This document shows positions 57,196 through 64,000 of a stretch of 64,000 nucleotides of DNA, one piece after another; within the stretch, counting starts at the first letter, position 1; every line of letters starts with the position of its first letter. Both the position numbers and the translations under genes were made by a program. Location: contig JAKMXF010000111.1 of the NCBI GenBank assembly GCA_024704765.1, forward strand, positions 698,619 to 762,618, read 5' to 3'. Below the pieces are notes generated by a model. It searched no databases, was not told the DNA's origin, and saw only the letters and a list, made by a program, of their open reading frames with translations. Source of the DNA: Oopsacas minuta (lineage: Eukaryota > Animalia > Porifera).

Positions 57196-58161
57196 ATGGG
57201 AAAAGATTACTACAAGATTTTAGGCGTATCAAGATCAGCTACTCCAGCGGAAATAAAGAGTGCTTATAGGAAACTAGCAATCAAGTACCATCCTGACAAG
57301 AACCATGAACCTGGAGCTGAGGAAAAATTCAAGGAAATATCAGTGGCTTATCAAGCGCTAACTGGCCCGAAGGAACCGCCAGAGCCTGCATCTGGTGGTT
57401 TCTCTAGCTTTTCCTACCAGACAGGTGGAGCTTTCAAAGACCCTTTCGACTTATTCAAGGAGATGTTTAACGGAGGAGTTACCTCTGGATTCTCTGGATT
57501 CTCTGGGATGCAGGATATATCTGGCATGTCTGACATGTCTAGCTTCTTTAGCTCAGGACCAGGTGAAAATGGGAATAGCTTTACTGTATTCTCAAGTATG
57601 CGGAGTTCCAAGAGAGAGAAAGATCCTGATATAGTCCATGAGGTAGGAGTAACGCTAGATGACGTGTACAGAGGTGCTACTAAGAAGTTAAAGATTGGAC
57701 GGAATATACTTACCCCAAGCGGAGAGCGTCTATACTCAGAAGAGACAGTTGAGGTTCACGTAAAACCTGGATGGAAAGAGGGAACAAAAGTAACCTTCAA
57801 AGAGAAGGGCGAGCAGAGGTCTGGAAGAATACCAGCTGATGTAGTGTTTGTGATTAAAGACCGACCTCATGAACTATTCACCAGAGACGGTAGCAACATA
57901 AGATACAAACAAACATTATCTCTGAAACAAGCTCTCCTCCCTCCTATACACCTAAACATTCCTACACTAGATAATACTCAAATACCAGTTAAATTAGATC
58001 AGATCCTTAGTCCTCATTCGCAACATACACTTACAGGACAGGGCCTGCCTCTGGTCAAACAGCCTTACAGAAGAGGAGACCTGATCATAGACTTTGATAT
58101 ACAATTCCCTCAGCAATTACCACAAGCTTCTACTCCATTACTTAATAATGCTTTGCCATAA
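57196..58161 (+). CDS. Class B J-domain co-chaperone (DNAJB1/4/5-like)
   Basis: [18 protein letters not shown]-rich region, [26 protein letters not shown]. Confidence 0.9.
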   Translation: MGKDYYKILGVSRSATPAEIKSAYRKLAIKYHPDKNHEPGAEEKFKEISVAYQALTGPKEPPEPASGGFSSFSYQTGGAFKDPFDLFKEMFNGGVTSGFSGFSGMQDISGMSDMSSFFSSGPGENGNSFTVFSSMRSSKREKDPDIVHEVGVTLDDVYRGATKKLKIGRNILTPSGERLYSEETVEVHVKPGWKEGTKVTFKEKGEQRSGRIPADVVFVIKDRPHELFTRDGSNIRYKQTLSLKQALLPPIHLNIPTLDNTQIPVKLDQILSPHSQHTLTGQGLPLVKQPYRRGDLIIDFDIQFPQQLPQASTPLLNNALP

Positions 58162-58393
58162 TTATCAATTCATTTTATTATAAGTTGTTATTAATAATTA
58201 TATTCCAATCCTTAAACTTACCAATCATTGTAATGGGGTATTACACCACTGAATATTACCTGCTGATAGGAGAAATGGGGCCATGTCTGTCTTGATAGTG
58301 TTAATTAAGAGTTATCATAGTACACTTAAGTACTTTCTCAAACTGTTATAATAAATACAATCACAGTCTATACTAGTATATTTACCTGATAGA

Positions 58394-58582
58394 ATGTATA
58401 AGAACTTCTACAAACTCGCCAGAGCTGGATACAAGATCAGACTTAAACCAGGTCAGCGTCCCACAGAATGGCGAAAGCGCTGTGTCGTCACTGGAAGAGC
58501 ACGGTCTGTTTATCAACAACCGAGGCTATCTAGAATAGTATGGAAAGACTGGATTGGGAGAGGTTGGACTGATCTTAAATAA
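58394..58582 (+). CDS. Short ribosomal protein uS14-family ORF (probable mitochondrial S14)
   Basis: RCVVTGRARSVY...LSRIVW resembles the S14 signature RC..TGRPRG....LSRI.F. Confidence 0.55.
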   Translation: MYKNFYKLARAGYKIRLKPGQRPTEWRKRCVVTGRARSVYQQPRLSRIVWKDWIGRGWTDLK

Positions 58583-58772
58583 TTCCTTAAATACAATAAT
58601 ATAGCTATTATTTACAATATCGTTTCGATTATGGAAATATTATTGTGCTATTATTTAGACTGCGGATAGATACGAAACGATCATCGATTATATTAGTTTA
58701 ATTATCAACACTATAAGGCTGTTAGTATAAGTTTGATATAACGTAAACAAATCACAGATATATTAATATAAT

Positions 58773-61700
58773 CTATATGACTCTCTGAAACAAACTCTTG
58801 AGTAGTCTAGCTTCATAAGCTACAGTATTCTTCCCAGCATGTAGCGGCCTCCTATCTAGCGGTTGCTCTATAACAGCAGGAATACTCTTGCCGTAAATCT
58901 CACAGCAATCAAAGAACTGTAGAACCTCTTGTATAGTTGTATCCTTCAGTATAATCATGTGTTTGGCTAGATTCTCAGTTAGAGATAGAAAGCATCTCTT
59001 CGTATAGAACCATGTATCAGTGCCCAGTTTCTTATTATAAGGCTCTAAGCTCTTCATAACCCGTGATATTCCAAACTCATAGTTACCCTTCGAGCAGTAT
59101 AGCGTACCAATAACAAGATTAACAATACATAAATGGTATATCTTCTGATCAGGATCTTGATAAGATAATTCTTCTTCTTCTTTCTCAATTTTCCTCATCA
59201 ATTCCTCTGCTTCTTCATTTTGATTAGTCATTATATAGCTAACACAGAGATTCGCTAATACTATAGCACTCACACTCAGAATATTGCTGTAATGCTTCTT
59301 TACGATTTGTTGATAGAATCCTATTGATTCCTTAAACTTAGTCTCCTGCATGAACAGTACGTGAGCTGTGTTTAACTTCCATACATCGTTATCATGACAG
59401 AACTCAACTGACTTCTTGAAGATTTTCTCTACCTAATAAACAATACAGTCAACTTCCGTTATATCTAAAGTCTGAAATTGTACAAATATGGTCCCAAACC
59501 GTCAAAGTAACTTAAAATATTTTATCGGTTATATCGAACTCAGCTCCGCTTATATCAAAGTAATTATTGCGGTCACTTAACCATCAATATAACGGGAGAA
59601 CAAAGATCCCCATCAACAGGCCACTGATCTCTATCACCAGCGCATCAAACAGCTGGATACTCCCACGAAACTCCTGCAGCCATTCTTCTCGTGTTTGACA
59701 CTATACAAACTACGAACTCATATCGCTGAGTTCGGAGAAGTGAAAGAATGCGTGGAATATTCTCTGAAGAATGAACCTATCCTAGCTGTTGGGAAGAGAG
59801 GGTCTGCTAACGACGAACTAGATGCTGGAGGTCTAGCTTTAGATGAGCCAAATCAGTTGATATACATAGCTGATTGTTACAACTGTCGTATCCAAGTTGT
59901 ATCATTCGTCGAAGGAAAGTTCTGAAAAGATTTGGACAAAGCATACTCAAGGAACCTTGTGTGATAGCTGTGACAGAAAATAACGTCTTCATTACGGACA
60001 TAGATCTCCACGCTTTGTTGCTGTTCAACAAGGATTACAAGCTAGTGAAGAGGACTGGTAATGAAGGAGCAGGAGATGGAGAGCTAAACAAACCACGTGG
60101 ACTATGTGTTGACTACAATGGAGACTTGGATGTTGCTGATTGTATCAATCACAAAGTTTCTATTTCGGCGTTGCTCGTGGGAAGATTGTGTGGTGCATTA
60201 TCCCATACTTTTGTTTGGATGAAGCAGGGAATATTCTCATTACTGATTTTATCCGTAGCAATATCAAGATACTATCTCCCCAGGAGAACTAAAACACACC
60301 ATAGGGAGGGAAGGACATGGAAGAGGAGACTGTTTTTATCCACACGGTATAAATATTTCTGCATTAGGAACTATATATGTTATATCTATTGATGATAATT
60401 TTTGTATCCAATCTTTCTAATTTGGTATTATTAAATATATAAATATCCTATAGTATAATTATTAATTAATCTACTGACCCTATGCTGTTAATTATATAAC
60501 TCACTTGTTGGTAGTTGTCCATATCCCAGTATATCTTAGCCTGTGCCATCAGTACTGGAATATAGTGGTCTAGTGTCTGGTCGAACTCGTCCACATATTT
60601 CTTGAGCAGCTCGTCTCCTTGTTGCTGTTGCCGGGCGTCTTGTACAGACTTGGTTATCTTTCTGAGTTGATCAGTCAGTCGGTTTTGTAGATCTTCAAAC
60701 TTCTGAAATGCCTCATAGGGAACAGTAGGAGCCATCAAACTAGCATCTAATAACACATAAGGAATAATTAGACAAATAAGTCATACAACTGTATGTATTC
60801 TAACCTAGAAAGTCGTAGAGATTCTGTGAGAGGTATTTATAGGTGAGGTGAGCATTCTCCGCCAGCACATCAGCTGCTAGATCGTAGTACTGATACTTAC
60901 AGTAGAGTAGAAGTAGGTTAGAGAAGGTTTCAGGTGGACAAGGATTCTGTTGTAGCAAGAACTGTAGCTTCTCAAATCCTTCTGTAGGATTAGTCCCCAT
61001 ATTGATTAGTGCTTGGTTGTGTAAAGTGATCGGGTCTAACTCCTCCTCTGTACGGGGAGGCATATCATTCAGAGCATCTTGTGCAGACTCAAAGTTCTTC
61101 ATTTGGTACTCAACAGCTGCTCGTAGGTTGAATGCCTGTACAAGTCCAGTCTCGTGTAGGATCTAGGAAGCAAGTTAATTAAATAATATATCATTATACA
61201 GAGAAACCTCAATAGTCGGAGCCTCTGGAAACGGAGTGTAAATACATAGAGAGAATTCATAGTCCCATTTTAATGAATCTCCACAAACCGGGTAGTATTT
61301 TCTGCATTCCTGGCACCTCGTTTGTGGAGGTTACCCTGTATTTAGAATATATTAGAAAATAAATGCAATCAGAGACAATAGAAAGAGATCCAGAGCTAGA
61401 GAGATTTGAGATAGAATTAGAGTTTGTACAGTGTCTCAGTAATCCTCATTATCTCAACTTTCTAGCACAACACGGATATTTCAGAGATACAGCTTTCATA
61501 AACTATCTTAAATATCTTCAATACTGGGCTCAACCTCAGTATATTATGTTTCTCAGATACCCACAGGCTCTCAAATTCCTAGAGCTACTTCAAGAGGAAG
61601 AGTTCAGAAAAGAGCTAGCTAGCTCAGAGAAGACTAAATACATCGACAGACAATTGTTAATGAGTTGGAATCATTACACTAAAAAGCAGAAAGAAGCTTC

Positions 61701-62084
61701 TGATAAGATTGCTCAATTAGCTGCTGACCTCGAACAATCTCAGAATTGAATATTTGTATATTTACCACATAAAAGAACTTTTTGTGTAGATTATTAAAAT
61801 AAACACATTCTAAATCATAGTCGTTACATATCCTACCTGTGTATTTCCAACACTCTTTGTTTCAAGACCTTCACTCTTTATCCCCACCCCTAGCTCAGGA
61901 TGTTCCCTTATTTCTTTCTCTAATATCTCATTGATGTACTTTATAGACATGGGAGTGTTCTTGAGTCTGTAGTGACACAGAGCTGTGTTGTAGAATAGAT
62001 TAGGTCTGAAACCTATTATCTGAAAAGCTTGATTGAATTTCTGTAAAGCTTCTTCATACCGTCCTTCTTTGCATAAGATGCAGC
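58773..62084 (-). CDS. IFT70: Intraflagellar transport 70 / TTC30; exons 61837-62084, 60805-61162, 60505-60746, 58773-59432; N-terminal exon(s) beyond the window
   Basis: GCILCKEG, HPELGVG, AFNLRAAVEYQ, DMPPRTEEELDPITLHNQAL, YIPVLMAQAKIYW, YHLCIVNLVIGTLYC.KGNYEFGISRV. Confidence 0.95.
59446..59597. mobile_element. MITE family C in an IFT70 intron
   Basis: TA-CAGTCAACTTCCGTTATATC ... ATATAACGGGA. Confidence 0.7.
59612..60400 (+). pseudogene. 5'-truncated, multiply frameshifted paralog of the NHL gene at 14434-15665; in IFT70 intron 59433-60504
   Basis: Near-identical DNA to 15390-14900 (CAGCTGGATACTCCCACGAAACTCCTGCAGCCATTCTTCTCG...), with stops, frameshifts and an internal deletion. Confidence 0.85.
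61199..61338. mobile_element. MITE family A in an IFT70 intron
   Basis: TA-CAGAGAAACCTC ... GAGGTTACCCTG-TA. Confidence 0.7.
61363..61749 (+). CDS. MED31: Mediator subunit 31; nested antisense in IFT70 intron 61163-61836
   Basis: RFEIELEFVQCLSNPHYLNFLAQHGYF...FINYLKYLQYW. Confidence 0.96.
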   Translation: MQSETIERDPELERFEIELEFVQCLSNPHYLNFLAQHGYFRDTAFINYLKYLQYWAQPQYIMFLRYPQALKFLELLQEEEFRKELASSEKTKYIDRQLLMSWNHYTKKQKEASDKIAQLAADLEQSQN

Positions 62085-62331
62085 CTATAATTATGACATA
62101 AAGTATCTGGTATTACTTATATATTCATTTATGAAAAAATTACACTATTTATACGCATAAATGCACTTAACACATAAGGGAAAATTTCGTTTGATAAAAG
62201 AATTATTCAGGAATACAACTATAATAAATTCAAAGATCAGCTGTAGAGCTAAATCAATCAATTAAAAGTCAAATTAAATTACAAGAAACAAACAAATTAC
62301 AGTTCTTAATTCAGAGAGTACAAATACTATT

Positions 62332-63951
62332 CTATTTCTCCTCAATTAGTTCTGCTGTAGGAGGGACATCTGATTCTCTTGGACTGTTGTCAGCAGAATA
62401 GTTACGCTCTTGTTTCTTGATACAGTGAGTGGGTATAGGTAGCCTACTGTTAGATGATGAAGATGGGATAGGGAAACTATTTTTAGGCTTGTACTCCTGT
62501 AAGCTAGGTTTTATGACAGTATTTGTCCTATAGAAGGGCTTATTGCTCTCAGATGTAGAGTTATTATTTGTAGATGGATTGTTTTTGCTAACTACCTTGC
62601 TACTAACCTTATTACAACCAATACTGGGCTTGTTTGCTGCTCGAGTCTCACTGTCCGCAGATTTGCCTTTCTTCACTGTAGTTCTTTTCGTCACGGTCCT
62701 TGAAGATTTTTGTATATCCATACTCGCTCCACGAATAGTCACATCTTCCCTCTGCTTACGAGGTGCCCTGTTGGTATGACGTATAAGAGAAGTAGGAGGT
62801 TTTGTAGTAGGCTTATCATCAAGACTAATAAACATAAATCCTTCATCATTAGATCTAGAATTAAGGGCTGATTGCTGTCGTAATCTGTGAATAGCATCTG
62901 TCTGCTTCTGTAATATATAAGGCAGCGATTTCCATCCTTCTGGATCATCTCTCTGAATTATTTGTACCATTCTACAGCAATAGTTTGTGCACTTATCATC
63001 AAGTACACTTAATCTACGTAGCACTGTTTCTTCATTCCACTGCACATCAGTTCCATGCTGGAGAATGGAATAGTTCGCTGAATAAATCTCACATATATTT
63101 TGTATGTTTAGATTAGCTCCAACGTATTTCAGTAGAGTACCCAGATTATCATAGAGCCATACAATCTTAGATACTTTTATGTCAGTTCTAATTAGACTCG
63201 TTATAAATTCTTTAAAGTTATTCAGTACATTTTCATTGAGCTCTTTTTGTAATTTATTCGCGAGAATGTATGCTTCAGATTTTGTGTTGGAACATACTGC
63301 AGCTTTTACCTTTTCTATTTCTTGCATATAAACTAAAGTTTTGCCATCTAACTTGTTTACCATCTTAACTACAATCTGGTATATCTCTTCCTTCGAGCGA
63401 GGAGATAGTCTAGTGTACTCAGACTTACTCCAAGCTTCTGAAAAATATCTTGCAAGCCAATCAACACATTTTGATTTTAGAGGTAGAAGTATACATTCAA
63501 AATCTCTTAGAACTGACATAACTTTTATTAGTTTATCTCGCGTTGGTTTGGTAAATCCTTCTATTACTTGGGTCTCATAATATTGGCCTGATTTATCTTT
63601 AAGCTGTTCTATATTGAAAAAGTCTGAAGCTTGAACGACTCGACTTATCTTCAACTTAGAATCAATCTCACAACATTCTGGGTTATTTAAGAATTTGAGT
63701 AAGAATAATAATACTTCGATATTCAACCAGTTAAAGGAAACTTTTCTTTCAATATTCTCCTTCCATAATGTAGAATGTTGAGACGATAATAGTAATCGAA
63801 AGAATTGACTGTTTTCTATGAGCATATTCTTTTCTACTCTACACGAACCATTATCTACTGCTATGATAATCTCATCTTCTCTCAGAACATTATTGAGAGA
63901 AAAAGCATTTTCTGTTGCAACTAAACTCATCGTGAATAATTCTAATCTCAT
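62332..63951 (-). CDS. BTB/POZ-domain protein with a low-complexity S/T/K tail; apparently nested same-strand in an IFT70 intron
   Basis: N-terminal BTB-like IIIAVDNGSCRVEKNMLIENSQFFRLLL...LLKFL...VVQASDFFNIEQLKDK. Confidence 0.65.
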   Translation of the reverse strand: MRLELFTMSLVATENAFSLNNVLREDEIIIAVDNGSCRVEKNMLIENSQFFRLLLSSQHSTLWKENIERKVSFNWLNIEVLLFLLKFLNNPECCEIDSKLKISRVVQASDFFNIEQLKDKSGQYYETQVIEGFTKPTRDKLIKVMSVLRDFECILLPLKSKCVDWLARYFSEAWSKSEYTRLSPRSKEEIYQIVVKMVNKLDGKTLVYMQEIEKVKAAVCSNTKSEAYILANKLQKELNENVLNNFKEFITSLIRTDIKVSKIVWLYDNLGTLLKYVGANLNIQNICEIYSANYSILQHGTDVQWNEETVLRRLSVLDDKCTNYCCRMVQIIQRDDPEGWKSLPYILQKQTDAIHRLRQQSALNSRSNDEGFMFISLDDKPTTKPPTSLIRHTNRAPRKQREDVTIRGASMDIQKSSRTVTKRTTVKKGKSADSETRAANKPSIGCNKVSSKVVSKNNPSTNNNSTSESNKPFYRTNTVIKPSLQEYKPKNSFPIPSSSSNSRLPIPTHCIKKQERNYSADNSPRESDVPPTAELIEEK

Positions 63952-64000
63952 TTAAAGGTATTTATATAAATCAAAGTGTGTAGAACTACCATCATAATCT

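Overview
AT-rich, very gene-dense eukaryotic (animal) genomic DNA with tiny GT-AG introns. The gene set (EXOC5, RIOX1, WDPCP, TECPR2, BTBD9, COMMD8, GAMT, IFT70), the multi-copy NHL-repeat genes and the compactness suggest a glass sponge (Hexactinellida); this is my inference, not verified. About 38 protein-coding loci were read by eye. The dominant feature is Russian-doll architecture: five intron-rich host genes (EXOC5, RIOX1, BTBD9, RCCD1, IFT70) carry 17 gene or pseudogene units in their introns, several on the same strand as the host. Outside the hosts, co-oriented intronless genes follow each other at 46-200 nt spacing with a YAG just upstream of the ATG, which resembles operons resolved by trans-splicing. 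Standout items: (1) three bacterial-type pentein (CtlX-like amidinotransferase family) genes with putative mitochondrial presequences, arranged as inverted repeats in BTBD9 intron 1, showing gene-conversion mosaicism and an active-site His-x-Asn/His-x-Asp switch; (2) a histone H2B gene enclosed by 32-bp CACTG...CAGTG terminal inverted repeats; (3) a decayed ~300-bp direct repeat that records rearrangement of an orphan gene relative to RCCD1; (4) TA-flanked Tc1/mariner-type MITEs, often just upstream of start codons. All homology calls come from motif recognition, not from database searches.
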